Below the pieces are notes generated by a model that worked only from the letters and a program-made list of their open reading frames with translations, was not told the DNA's origin and ran no database searches. The position numbers and the translations under genes were made by a program. From contig CAZDFJ010000005.1 of the NCBI GenBank assembly GCA_964504875.1, positions 23,225 through 87,224 on the forward strand: a stretch of 64,000 bases of DNA. Direction: 5' to 3'. The stretch is from an uncultured Burkholderiales bacterium (GTDB taxonomy: Bacteria > Pseudomonadota > Gammaproteobacteria > Burkholderiales > CAZDFJ01). Shown piece after piece: positions 1-9,725 of the stretch (position 1 is its first letter; the number at the start of each line of letters is the position of its first letter).

Positions 1-1038
1 TTTTAAGGCGAGTTTTAAATCTTGAAAAGCTTCCGCAGAATGCGCAGGGGACAAATGAATATGACAATAGCTTCGGCCTAAATAAAAACTAGATTCGTGC
101 GGGGCAAGCGCTAATGCATGATTAAAATCATGATAGGCATATTCATATTGCAATAATACAAGATGACAAAACGCGCGAAAGGCATAGAACTGGGCTTCAT
201 TAGGATCAAGTGTTAAAGCACATGTAAAATTATACAATGCTTGTGTTTCATTTTTGAGGGTCAAATAGCATAATCCTCGCTGGAAATACAATAACGGATT
301 GTTTTGTGTTCTTTGAATTTCCCGTGTATACAAACGTAATGCATGATGACAATCGGCATATCCGCCTTTTTTTTTGCCAACGGCGAGGTGACATTGGCCG
401 CGGCCATGATAGGATAAACCTGAATAAGGATCAATAATTAATGCCCGCGTATAATCTTTTAAAGCGCGATCATATTGGTTTAAGTGGTAATAAATTGCGG
501 CGCGTTTTTGGTAAAAATACGCTTCATTTGGGCTCAAATCCAACGCAAGATGAATATCTGCTAAAGCAAGTTCCATTTCGTATAATGCCGCATAACAATC
601 GCTCCGCATAGCGTAATAATTAGAAGCCGTTGAATGGGCACACAAAGCAGCGCTCAATTGCACAATCGCTTCTCGATAACGTCCTTGTTTTTTGAGTTTT
701 TTCCCTTGACGATACGCCAGTTCATGTGAAGGCGGTAAAGCTGATTGAGAAACAGCGTCACATTGAGAAGAAATTTTTTTTACATCTGATCCAAAAAAAT
801 CTTTAAATTTATTGAGATTTTTACGAAAATTCTCTAAAAAAGAGAAAGAAGAGACGTCTTTTACAGAGGATTGTGTACTTAAAAAAAGTAAATAATGTTG
901 TTGGGCTTGTTCTTTGCGTTCATGTTGTTCTTCTTGTGTTAAAACACGGTCATAATCCCAACCGCACGCAGAACAAATGCCTTTTTGTGCGATGCAAGGA
1001 CATACTGGATTGTGAACCACGCATCCTTTGTGAGTCAT
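1..1038 (-). CDS. TPR-repeat protein with Cys-rich N-terminus (partial; 3' end runs off the window)
   Basis: Absent from the ORF track because no stop lies inside the window. Reverse-strand ATG at 1036-1038 is preceded by AGAGAGGAAGGA (SD). My translation is MTHKGCVVHNPVCPCIAQKGICSACGW..., followed by repeated TPR-like units (e.g. AYFYQKRAAIYYHLNQYDRALKDYTRALIIDP). The frame stays open to position 1. Confidence 0.7.
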   Translation of the reverse strand, partial: MTHKGCVVHNPVCPCIAQKGICSACGWDYDRVLTQEEQHERKEQAQQHYLLFLSTQSSVKDVSSFSFLENFRKNLNKFKDFFGSDVKKISSQCDAVSQSALPPSHELAYRQGKKLKKQGRYREAIVQLSAALCAHSTASNYYAMRSDCYAALYEMELALADIHLALDLSPNEAYFYQKRAAIYYHLNQYDRALKDYTRALIIDPYSGLSYHGRGQCHLAVGKKKGGYADCHHALRLYTREIQRTQNNPLLYFQRGLCYLTLKNETQALYNFTCALTLDPNEAQFYAFRAFCHLVLLQYEYAYHDFNHALALAPHESSFYLGRSYCHIHLSPAHSAEAFQDLKLALK

Positions 1039-1220
1039 TCCTTCCTCTCTTGCATTTCTCGATAAAAATCAAACAAACATAGAATTATATATGAATGTCT
1101 TTAAAAACGGGCTGTCAAAATGAAGGGATGAATTTTGTTTTAAAAAGAACCGTGTTTTGTCTATGAAATAAATAGAAAGAATTATGCTATGATGACAATC
1201 CAAATTAATGAGTATGCAAA

Positions 1221-1913
1221 ATGACAACTGTGATAAGAACAACTCCAATTATTACCATCGATGGGCCTGCGGCTTCAGGGAAAGGAACCGTTGCCAATTT
1301 GGTCGCAAAAGAATTAGGTTTTCATTATTTAGATAGTGGCGCACTATATCGTATTACTGCTTATGCAAGCCAGCAAAAAGGCTTAGCTTGGCTCGAAACC
1401 AATCAGCATTCTATTGCGGATCATATTCAAAATGTAGAAATCTTATTTGAAGCCGGACGAATTTTTCTAGATGGGCTTGAAATTACAGAAAAAATTCGTT
1501 CTGAACAAATTGGGGAAGGCGCATCAAAAGTGGCCAGTTTTGCTGCTATTCGCACAGCCTTAGTCGCCCGTCAACGTGCCTTTGCGCATCATCCTGGCTT
1601 AGTTGCAGATGGGCGGGATATGGGTACAGTGATCTTTCCAAATGCAACACTGAAGGTCTTTTTAACAGCAAGCGCGGCAATTCGTGCAGAAAGACGCTAT
1701 AAACAGTTGTTATTAAAAGAAAAATGTGTTAGTCTTAACCAAATTTTAGCAGATATCCAAAAACGAGATCAACGCGATCAAGAACGGACACATGCGCCTC
1801 TTGTTCGTGCGAGTGATGCGGTTTATTTAGATACGGATCCATTGACGATTGAACAAGCGGTTTCACATGTGTTGTCTCACTATCATCAATGTGCTGTTAT
1901 CGGATCGCATTAA
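1221..1913 (+). CDS. cmk: cytidylate kinase
   Basis: P-loop ITIDGPAASGKGT and full-length resemblance to Cmk; classic cmk-rpsA-ihfB order. Confidence 0.95.
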   Translation: MTTVIRTTPIITIDGPAASGKGTVANLVAKELGFHYLDSGALYRITAYASQQKGLAWLETNQHSIADHIQNVEILFEAGRIFLDGLEITEKIRSEQIGEGASKVASFAAIRTALVARQRAFAHHPGLVADGRDMGTVIFPNATLKVFLTASAAIRAERRYKQLLLKEKCVSLNQILADIQKRDQRDQERTHAPLVRASDAVYLDTDPLTIEQAVSHVLSHYHQCAVIGSH

Positions 1914-2212
1914 TTTTTCTCCTGAATTTATTTGTTTTCAATTAGCATTTCGCTGTTAAAACCACTTTAAATTGTTGAGAATATGTTATAATGCTCGGTT
2001 TATTCTCGTTTGATCAAAAGAAACTTCTTGTAACTAGAAGACATTTTTTTTGTGAACATAAAAAAGGGTTAGACATCCCTTTTGTTTTGGGCAATGTTGT
2101 CGTAAAAAACGCAACAAAATCGACAAAATTTGTAATAAAAACAAATAAATAAATGTCAATAAATTTATTTTGGATATATATTTAACTGGGTTCTTTTTTT
2201 AACTAATTTATC

Positions 2213-2270
2213 CCCATCCTCATGTTTTTCTTGATTCTATCAAGTGGTGAGATGGGTTTTCTTATTTCTT
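2213..2270 (+). promoter_or_regulatory. rpsA leader stem-loop followed by a U-rich run (possible attenuator or translational operator)
   Basis: cccatcctca (2213-2222) pairs with tgagatggg (2248-2256) with one bulge. It encloses an inner hairpin cttga-ttcta-tcaag and is followed by ttttcttatttctt, ending 15 nt before the rpsA ATG. Confidence 0.3.
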
Positions 2271-2284
2271 AGGTTTTTTTGTAA

Positions 2285-4015
2285 ATGACGAATGTTTTAA
2301 TTGAAAACGCCAATGCAAGCGTCGAAAGTTTCGCATCCTTGTTCGAAGAAAGTTTAAAATTACAAGAAATGCGCACCGGGGAAGTCGTCGACGCTGAAGT
2401 CGTCTCTGTTGATCACAATTTTGTAGTTGTAAATGCGGGGTTAAAATCTGAGAGTCTTATCCCAGCGGATGAGTTCCGCAACGACCATGGCGAATTGACC
2501 GTAAAACCCGGTGACCGTGTTTCTGTCGTCATTGAAACATTAGAAGATGGATATGGCTTTACCCGTCTTTCACACGAAAAAGCGCGTCGTTTAGCGGCTT
2601 GGGCAGAACTCGAAAAAGCAATGGAAGCTGGTACACTCGTCAGCGGTGTGATCAATGGCAAAGTCAAAGGCGGTTTGACTGTCATGATCGACAATATCCG
2701 TGCGTTCTTACCAGGTTCTTTAGTTGATATTCACCCTGTTAAAGATACTACGCCTTATGAAGGCAAAGAGATGGAATTCAAGGTCATCAAGCTCGATCGC
2801 AAACGCAACAACGTTGTTGTGTCTCGTCGTGCAGTGCTTGAAGCCTCTCGTTCTACAGAACGTCAAGCCTTGCTGGAATCCTTACAAGAAGGAACACGCG
2901 TTAAAGGTATCGTCAAAAATATTACTGACTACGGTGCATTCGTTGATTTGGGCAGTATCGATGGTTTATTACACATCACAGATTTAGCATGGCGTCGTGT
3001 GAAACATCCATCTGAAGTCCTTTCTATTGGTGATGAAGTCGAAGCAGTGGTTCTCAAGTTTGATCAAGAGAAAAACCGCGTTTCTCTCGGCTTGAAACAA
3101 TTGGGCGAAGATCCATGGATCGGTTTAAGCCAACGTTACCCACAAAGCACACGTCTCTTCGGTCGTGTCACAAACTTGACAGACTACGGTGCATTCGTTG
3201 AAATCGAAAAAGGCATCGAAGGTTTGGTTCATGTTTCTGAAATGGATTGGACAAACAAAAATGTTCACCCAAGCAAAGTCGTTCAAGTCGGCGATGAAGT
3301 GGAAGTGATGATTTTAGAAATCGATGAAGAACGTCGTCGTATTTCTTTAGGCATGAAACAATGTCAGCCTAATCCATGGGAAGAATTTGCTGCGAATTAC
3401 AAGAAAAATGATCGTGTTCGTGGTCAAATCAAATCCATCACTGACTTTGGTGTCTTTATTGGCTTACCAGGTGGCATCGACGGGTTAGTTCACTTGTCTG
3501 ATCTTTCTTGGAGCGCACCAGGTGAAGAAGCGGTTCGTCAATACCGTAAAGGCGAAGAAGTTGATGCAGTTGTATTAGGCATTGACGTTGAACGTGAACG
3601 CATTTCTTTAGGTATCAAACAATTAGATAGCGATCCTTTCACAGAATTTGCTGCAAATAATGACAAAGGCACAATTGTTAAAGGTGTTGTCAAATCTGTT
3701 GATGCAAAAGCAGCAGTTGTTGCTTTAGCAAATGATATTGAAGCAACATTACGTGCAACAGAATTCACACGTGATCGCGTTGAAGATTTACGCTCCCTCT
3801 TAAAAGAAGGCGATGCTATTGAAGCTTCAATTTTGAGTATTGATCGCAAAAACCGCAGCGTTTCTCTTTCTGTCAAAGCAAAAGAAACCGCTGAAGAAAG
3901 CGAAGCAATGAAAAAAGTTTCAACTGAAAATAGCGTTGCAAGTGCTGGGACAACAAACCTCGGCGCGTTGCTGAAAGAAAAAATTGATTCAAAAAATGCT
4001 GAAAACAACGGCTAA
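2285..4015 (+). CDS. rpsA: 30S ribosomal protein S1
   Basis: 576 aa with six recurring S1-domain units (G.V..I..YGAFV.l....GLlHiSe pattern). Confidence 0.97.
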   Translation: MTNVLIENANASVESFASLFEESLKLQEMRTGEVVDAEVVSVDHNFVVVNAGLKSESLIPADEFRNDHGELTVKPGDRVSVVIETLEDGYGFTRLSHEKARRLAAWAELEKAMEAGTLVSGVINGKVKGGLTVMIDNIRAFLPGSLVDIHPVKDTTPYEGKEMEFKVIKLDRKRNNVVVSRRAVLEASRSTERQALLESLQEGTRVKGIVKNITDYGAFVDLGSIDGLLHITDLAWRRVKHPSEVLSIGDEVEAVVLKFDQEKNRVSLGLKQLGEDPWIGLSQRYPQSTRLFGRVTNLTDYGAFVEIEKGIEGLVHVSEMDWTNKNVHPSKVVQVGDEVEVMILEIDEERRRISLGMKQCQPNPWEEFAANYKKNDRVRGQIKSITDFGVFIGLPGGIDGLVHLSDLSWSAPGEEAVRQYRKGEEVDAVVLGIDVERERISLGIKQLDSDPFTEFAANNDKGTIVKGVVKSVDAKAAVVALANDIEATLRATEFTRDRVEDLRSLLKEGDAIEASILSIDRKNRSVSLSVKAKETAEESEAMKKVSTENSVASAGTTNLGALLKEKIDSKNAENNG

Positions 4016-4039
4016 GCCTGCGCTGTCATTCTGAAAAAG

Positions 4040-4060
4040 CAAGGGGGATTCTCCCCCTTG
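4040..4060 (+). terminator. GC-rich hairpin after rpsA (weak U-run)
   Basis: caaggggga-ttc-tcccccttg lies 25 nt after the rpsA stop; the trailing sequence has only scattered T. Confidence 0.4.
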
Positions 4061-4241
4061 TGATATTTCTTAATTAATCAATTCATTATTTTTGCTACTT
4101 TCTGGTGTGATTTTTCTTATGGAGGGCGAAACCTCTTTGAGACGGGTGTCACATCATGTGTCTCGTATTGTCTCATTACAATGATAAAAAACGAGATAAT
4201 AAGATGGAAAACTTGTCTGAAAAGTGGTCGCAAAAGATTGA

Positions 4242-4538
4242 ATGACCAAATCTGAACTGGTTGCAGAGTTGGCTGAGCTCTACGTCGCACGTCATGCCAA
4301 TGTCAATATTAGTATTAAAGACATCGAACAAGCGGTGAAAGTGATTTTAGATGCGATGACTGAAACATTATCGAATGGCGATCGAATTGAAATTCGGGGT
4401 TTTGGTAGCTTTTCTTTAAATCACCGTCCAATGCGTATTGGACGTAATCCCAAAACAGGGCAACAAGTACATGTTCCAGAAAAACATGTGCCGCACTTTA
4501 AAGCTGGGAAAGAATTACGCGAACGTGTTTTGGGCTAA
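4242..4538 (+). CDS. ihfB: integration host factor subunit beta
   Basis: MTKSEL... [26 protein letters not shown]...[12 protein letters not shown] matches the IHF-beta pattern; it follows rpsA. Confidence 0.93.
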   Translation: MTKSELVAELAELYVARHANVNISIKDIEQAVKVILDAMTETLSNGDRIEIRGFGSFSLNHRPMRIGRNPKTGQQVHVPEKHVPHFKAGKELRERVLG

Positions 4539-4563
4539 TTTTGCTAAAACATGTTAATTTAAT

Positions 4564-4593
4564 AAAAAAACCCTGTTATAACAGGGTTTTTTT
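4564..4593. terminator. bidirectional rho-independent terminator
   Basis: aaaaaaa-ccctgt-tata-acaggg-ttttttt lies between convergent ihfB and the Mth938-like gene. Confidence 0.85.
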
Positions 4594-4605
4594 ACGTCTA
4601 TTAAT

Positions 4606-4980
4606 CTAATCAAAAAATAAAGCAAGCGCCACGCGCCGGTCTTCTGCTACAAGAATATTATACGTTCGGCAAGCGGCTTGGGTATCCATACATTCCACCC
4701 CTATTTTATGCTCAAATAATTGGGCGATTAATTTAGGATGGATAAATTTTTGTTTTGGGCCCGTTCCAATAATTAAAATTTCAAGATTCATGTCTAAAAA
4801 AGGCGTAAAATGCGCCGCTTCTAGTGTTTTAAAACTGACCGTTTTCCATTCATCTAATAATAAACTTTCAGGTAAAATAATCAGAGGCGAATCATAACGT
4901 ATTTTATTAATAAAGACATGGTCTGCCCCATAACCCGTAATCACATTCAAGTTTGATTTTTGTGCAAGATGTAATTTCAT
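4606..4980 (-). CDS. Mth938-like (DUF498 / NDUFAF3-like) domain protein
   Basis: ILIIGTGPKQKFIHP...GVECMDTQAACRTYNILVAEDRRVALALF fits the family signature as I recall it. Confidence 0.75.
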   Translation of the reverse strand: MKLHLAQKSNLNVITGYGADHVFINKIRYDSPLIILPESLLLDEWKTVSFKTLEAAHFTPFLDMNLEILIIGTGPKQKFIHPKLIAQLFEHKIGVECMDTQAACRTYNILVAEDRRVALALFFD

Positions 4981-5021
4981 AAAATTCCTGTTTTAATCAA
5001 TTTTGGATAGACATCAATGAA

Positions 5022-7688
5022 TTATAAAATTTTTAGTTCGGCTATTAAGGGGACAGATAACGTCGCAACGTGCGCCATCCAGTCGGGCAAATCCTGCTCC
5101 AATTGTGGTTGCTCTGTCTGGGGGACTTCTAAAATAAGCTCATCATGTACCTGCATAATTAAACGACTTTTTAGATGAAGCGCGCGCAATTTTTGGTCTA
5201 CTGCCAACATGGCTAATTTAATCAGATCGGCCGCGGTCCCTTGCATCGGGGCGTTAATGGCCGCCCGTTCTGCTTCTTGACGAATATGATAATTCGGACT
5301 CTGCATATCAGGCAGCCATAAACGTCGTCCAAAAACAGTTTCAACAAAACCTTTATTTTTCGCCTGCTCCCGTGTGCGGAGCATATAAGTTGCGACGCCT
5401 GTATACCGTTCAAAATAACGATCTATATAAGCTTGCGCTTCTCTAAAATCTAATCCCAGTTGTCGGCTCACACCGTGTGCAGACATACCATAAATTAGCC
5501 CAAAATTAATAATTTTAGCATAACGTCGTTCTTCTGAAGTAATTTGTTCAGCAGATTTGTCAAAAATCTCACTCGCAGTTTGACGATGGACATCTTGATG
5601 TTGGCGGAAGGCCTCCAAAAGTTTTTCATCTTGAGAGAGATGCGCCATGATCCGTAATTCAATCTGCGAATAATCCGTGCTCATTAAAACGGACCCCGCG
5701 GGGGCAATAAAAGCCGCCCGAATTTTACGCCCCTCGGCAGAACGAACAGGTAAATTTTGCAAATTTGGCTGGCGACTTGCAAGCCGCCCCGTCACGGTTC
5801 CCACCTGATCATAATGCGTATGAATGCGTTGTGTCCGTGCATTAACCATTAATGGCAATTTATCTGCATAGGTCGACTTTAATTTAAATAAACTCCGATA
5901 GGTCAAAATAATTTCGGGGAGTTGATGTTGTAATGCTAATTCCTGTAAAACCTGCTCATCCGTAGAGGGAACCCCTTTTGGTGTTTTTTTCAAAACAGGT
6001 AATTCAAGTTTCTCAAATAAAATTGTCTGTAATTGTTTTGCTGAATTTAAATTAAAAATTTGTCCTGCTAAAGCCTGTGCTTCAGACTCGAGCGGAAGTA
6101 AACGCGCGGCTAACTCTTGGCTAAATTGATGTAATTGCCCCCGATCAAGTAAAACGCCTGTTCGCTCCATAGCACATAAAATTGGAAAAAGGGGCAGTTC
6201 TATTTCTCGATAAATCTTTGCTAATTTTTCTTGACCCGCAAAAACAAATTGGGTTTCTAAAATTGGATTTAAACAAATAAGCGCAATCAGATCAACAGCG
6301 AGTTTGTCCATTTTTTCAGCAAAAATCGCTAAATCAAGATTTAAATATTTTTTTGCTATTTTGAACAAATGGGTGTCTTCATGGCTAGATAACACATAAC
6401 TTTTTAGTAAAATATCATCATGAATTTCACCGAATGCCCTATTTTCTGATAAAAAAATATGTTGCATTTTTTTTGCATCAAATGTCACGCGCCGAAAGGA
6501 AGGATTTTCAAAGAGAAAACCAATTTGATCAAAAACAATCTTGGGCGTAAGGGTATCTTTATTTTTTTGTTCTAAATCAAATAATTGAGGGGAATTATTT
6601 TTTTGTAAGACAAAAATGAAGACATGAATTTGATCTGATTTTTTAAAAGCAATTCCTAAACGATCTAGATGAATCTCAAAAATATTGATCTCTTCTTTGG
6701 TGTCAAAATCAAGAGAAGGGGTTGTTTCACAAAAAAATGCTATTTCTGAGATCCCTTGGATTTGCTCCAAAAAAAAGGAAATTTTTTCATAGGAATCAAT
6801 CAGATGAATGGGGACATTTTCGAAGGCTTGTTGTGATTTTTGTGCTTTTATTTGATTTAAATGAGAAGTAAATTCAAAGCGTTCGTAACATTCAATAAGC
6901 GCACTTATTTTTTCTTTTTGGCAAACTAAATGGTCTAATTCTACGGGGAGTGTTAATCGCGCTTGTATTGTGACAAGATATTGAGCCGTGGGTAAAAACG
7001 ATAAATGGGCTCGAAAAGACTCGCCTACTTTGCCTTTGATTTTATCAGCTTGATGGATTAAATTTTCAAGGGATTGATATTGTGTCAACCATGAAACAGC
7101 TGTTTTAGGTCCCACTTTAGGAATACCTGGAACATTGTCGCTACTGTCCCCGATCAAGGCTAAATAATCTACAATTTGGTCAGGACGAACGCCGAATTTT
7201 TCTATCACACCTGCTGTATCTAAAATCGTATGCTGTTTCATTGTATCTAGGAGTTGCACAGAATCATCAACAAGCTGAGCAAAATCTTTATCCCCCGTGA
7301 CAATCAAAACAGATAATCCCGCTGCTTTCGCATGGGTTACAAGCGTTCCAATAATATCGTCCGCTTCCACCCCATCCACTTGAACAGTAGCCCAACCGAG
7401 GGCTTCAATAAGTGTTTTTGTTGGAGCAAATTGTTGTTTAAGTTCAGTGTCAGTTTCAGTTCGGTTGGCTTTATAATCAGGATACGCTTTGTGTCGAAAA
7501 GTCGGCGTTTTTGAATCAAAAATACAAGCCCGATGGGTACAAGGGTAATTTTTATCTAAATTTGTCAACATATTTAGGACGCCATAAATCGCCCCAGTTG
7601 GTTCGCCTTTAGAATTGTGAAAACGCGGTAAAGCATTAAACGCACGATGCAAAAAAGAAGAAATATCAACAAGTAACAGTCTATTCAT
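5022..7688 (-). CDS. polA: DNA polymerase I
   Basis: 5'-nuclease N-terminus; polymerase motifs DYSQIELRIMAH, RRYAKIINFGLIYG and QVHDELILE. Start moved to the internal ATG (MNRLLLVDISS...) at 7688, which removes the overlap with the upstream kinase gene. Confidence 0.95.
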   Translation of the reverse strand: MNRLLLVDISSFLHRAFNALPRFHNSKGEPTGAIYGVLNMLTNLDKNYPCTHRACIFDSKTPTFRHKAYPDYKANRTETDTELKQQFAPTKTLIEALGWATVQVDGVEADDIIGTLVTHAKAAGLSVLIVTGDKDFAQLVDDSVQLLDTMKQHTILDTAGVIEKFGVRPDQIVDYLALIGDSSDNVPGIPKVGPKTAVSWLTQYQSLENLIHQADKIKGKVGESFRAHLSFLPTAQYLVTIQARLTLPVELDHLVCQKEKISALIECYERFEFTSHLNQIKAQKSQQAFENVPIHLIDSYEKISFFLEQIQGISEIAFFCETTPSLDFDTKEEINIFEIHLDRLGIAFKKSDQIHVFIFVLQKNNSPQLFDLEQKNKDTLTPKIVFDQIGFLFENPSFRRVTFDAKKMQHIFLSENRAFGEIHDDILLKSYVLSSHEDTHLFKIAKKYLNLDLAIFAEKMDKLAVDLIALICLNPILETQFVFAGQEKLAKIYREIELPLFPILCAMERTGVLLDRGQLHQFSQELAARLLPLESEAQALAGQIFNLNSAKQLQTILFEKLELPVLKKTPKGVPSTDEQVLQELALQHQLPEIILTYRSLFKLKSTYADKLPLMVNARTQRIHTHYDQVGTVTGRLASRQPNLQNLPVRSAEGRKIRAAFIAPAGSVLMSTDYSQIELRIMAHLSQDEKLLEAFRQHQDVHRQTASEIFDKSAEQITSEERRYAKIINFGLIYGMSAHGVSRQLGLDFREAQAYIDRYFERYTGVATYMLRTREQAKNKGFVETVFGRRLWLPDMQSPNYHIRQEAERAAINAPMQGTAADLIKLAMLAVDQKLRALHLKSRLIMQVHDELILEVPQTEQPQLEQDLPDWMAHVATLSVPLIAELKIL

Positions 7689-7722
7689 AATATTGTTTAG
7701 CAAAATAAGAAAGCCGAAAAGA

Positions 7723-8829
7723 TTAAATTTCCTGGCCCGTTTCAGGATCAAGTAGCGGAAGTAAAATTGAAAAACATGTTTTGCCTATTTCGCTTTCACA
7801 ATTGATACTTCCTTGATGTTGATGAATAAAATTCTGTGCCAATGTTAAACCTAAACCTGTTCCATCACTACGCCCTGTCACAAGTGGAAAAAACATTTTT
7901 TCTTGAATATCGTTTGAAATACCGGGCCCATTATCAATAATTTGAAGCAGTAAAACATGTTTATAACGCCGTTTCAAAATGGTAGCGCGCCGAATGACAC
8001 GCGTCCGAAAACGAATATGACGGGGCGCCGGTTGATTACGCAACGCTTGGGCCGCATTGCGGGTAATATTCAGTACAACTTGAATCATTTGCATTTTATC
8101 TGCGCGAAAATTGGGTAAGCTAATGTCATAATCGCGCTCCACAAAAAGAGGACTTGTTTGTGCAAATTCGGCTAAAATTAATTGACGAACATGTTCTAAA
8201 ATTTCATGAATATTAACTGAACCAAATTCGGCAATACTCCGAGCAAGAAGCATTTTATCTAACAACGCTTGTAAACGATTAGATTCTTGAATAATCACTT
8301 GTGTATATTCTGTGAGTTCAGGGCGATTTAATTCAAATTCGAGTAATTGAGCTGCGCCCCGAATGCCGCCAAGCGGATTTCTGATTTCATGCGCGAGATT
8401 ACGGACCATTTCACGATTAATTTGATGTTGACGGGCCATTTCTTCTTCACGGGCAATCCGCAATTGATGATCTAAACGACGCAATTCTAGAATACAAAAG
8501 CGTTCTTGTTCAATTTCGGTCGTTGTAATCGCAATATGCAAAGAAAGGGGCATTCGCCGCTGCACACAAAATAAAGTCAATTCATGTTCAATTAAACGCG
8601 TTTCTTCTTGACGCGCTTTTTCTAAAACATTTTGCAAATTTTCTGTATTCGCAAAAATATCGCGGAGGGCTCGACGGCCAGCATGGCGTTGGCTTAATGC
8701 AAATAAATCTTCAGCCGCGGCATTGGCATAAACAATCCGATCTTCTCGATTGACCACCAAAATAACAGTGCTAATCAAGTCTAAGATTCCCAATTGCACA
8801 AACCGTTCGGAGGTTAACGCATTTATCAT
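7723..8829 (-). CDS. ntrB: NtrB/GlnL-like PAS sensor histidine kinase
   Basis: H-box LAHEIRNPLGGIRGAAQLL is near-identical to the NtrB signature; N-terminal PAS and C-terminal HATPase (DNGPGI...GTGLGL). Start placed at ATG 8829; the track uses an upstream alternative start at 8862. Confidence 0.8.
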   Translation of the reverse strand: MINALTSERFVQLGILDLISTVILVVNREDRIVYANAAAEDLFALSQRHAGRRALRDIFANTENLQNVLEKARQEETRLIEHELTLFCVQRRMPLSLHIAITTTEIEQERFCILELRRLDHQLRIAREEEMARQHQINREMVRNLAHEIRNPLGGIRGAAQLLEFELNRPELTEYTQVIIQESNRLQALLDKMLLARSIAEFGSVNIHEILEHVRQLILAEFAQTSPLFVERDYDISLPNFRADKMQMIQVVLNITRNAAQALRNQPAPRHIRFRTRVIRRATILKRRYKHVLLLQIIDNGPGISNDIQEKMFFPLVTGRSDGTGLGLTLAQNFIHQHQGSINCESEIGKTCFSILLPLLDPETGQEI

Positions 8830-8862
8830 GATAGTTTTCAGCTTTATTCTCAAGAAAAACAA

Positions 8863-8897
8863 GCAAAAAATAGAAAAGCGATCCCAAAAGATCGCTT
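8863..8897 (-). terminator. rho-independent terminator after the carbonic anhydrase gene
   Basis: On the minus strand: aagcgatc-ttttgg-gatcgctt followed by ttctattttttgc. Confidence 0.6.
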
Positions 8898-8951
8898 AAA
8901 CAAAGAAAGTGCCGATGAAATAATCAGATAATTGACTATTGATTATCTGAA

Positions 8952-9725
8952 TTAATGGCTACTTTTAGAAGTCGTTGATTTTGTGGCTTTAGCGGTAAAT
9001 TCTCGAATTTTATTCTGATCAGTATTGCCGTTTACATTAATGATATTCAAAGTACCATAGCCTTTGCCCATAACGTCTTTAAAATCGTAGACGGCCCCAA
9101 TAATTGTTAATTTACCTGATTTAACCTCAGATTCAAATTTTCTTAATGAATTAGAGACTTGATTGTCAACATTCATTTTGACCCCTGACAAATTATCAAT
9201 GCCTTTAGGAATTTTAATACTATCCAATTCACGCTTAATTTGATCAGATTCTTTAGCATAATCACCAGAAGCAGCGTTAATCGCGCCACAAGCGGAATGC
9301 CCCAAGAAAATTAACAAAGGCGTGTGCAAATGATGCACACCATATTCAATGGATCCCTCAGCTGTCCCTAATTGATTCCCGATGTTACGAATCATAAACA
9401 AATCATTATCGGGATCTTGGCTTAACGCTTGCGTATGAACGCGAGAATCCGAACAGGTAATGACTGTCGCACGAGGATGTTGGGCGTCTAAAAATGGCTC
9501 AAAATGCTTTTTCTTATATTTACTTCTAAATTTTGCATTATCATTTATTAAATCTTTAACTAAAGCGCGGACTTTTGACATTTCATCATAATGCATAATA
9601 GGTGATTCATCAGAACCATGATCATGCGCTTCTTCTGCTCGCACTATTGAAGTGGTCACTAAACCTGTCACTAATAAAGATGCCAGTAACCCCTTGAAAA
9701 GTTTTTTATTTAACACGATACACAT
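8952..9725 (-). CDS. beta-class carbonic anhydrase with N-terminal signal peptide
   Basis: Zinc-ligand motifs CSDSR and HSACG; hydrophobic N-terminus LLASLLVTGLVTTSIVRAEE. Confidence 0.85.
   Translation of the reverse strand: MCIVLNKKLFKGLLASLLVTGLVTTSIVRAEEAHDHGSDESPIMHYDEMSKVRALVKDLINDNAKFRSKYKKKHFEPFLDAQHPRATVITCSDSRVHTQALSQDPDNDLFMIRNIGNQLGTAEGSIEYGVHHLHTPLLIFLGHSACGAINAASGDYAKESDQIKRELDSIKIPKGIDNLSGVKMNVDNQVSNSLRKFESEVKSGKLTIIGAVYDFKDVMGKGYGTLNIINVNGNTDQNKIREFTAKATKSTTSKSSH

Noticed and set aside
873-1082. 69-aa plus-strand ORF at the left end.
   Set aside because: It overlaps the 5' end of the well-supported reverse-strand TPR gene and has no SD or recognisable family.
2413-4008. Track ORFs antisense to or nested within rpsA (2413-2694, 2724-2987, 3538-4008). 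The same applies to nested ORFs inside polA, the DUF3683 gene, purL, topA, dprA, hslU, the DUF3426 gene and others.
   Set aside because: They lie wholly inside strongly supported genes, have low-complexity or atypical composition, and match no family. They are treated as non-coding shadow frames.
7689-7751. N-terminal extensions in the track. They affect polA, the HDAC gene, dprA, tadA, prmA, the HDOD gene, prmB, the phosphodiesterase gene, guaA and the Spy-like gene.
   Set aside because: The extensions are AT-rich or hydrophobic junk and overlap neighbouring genes. Internal ATGs align with conserved family N-termini and often have better SD sequences, so the starts were moved.
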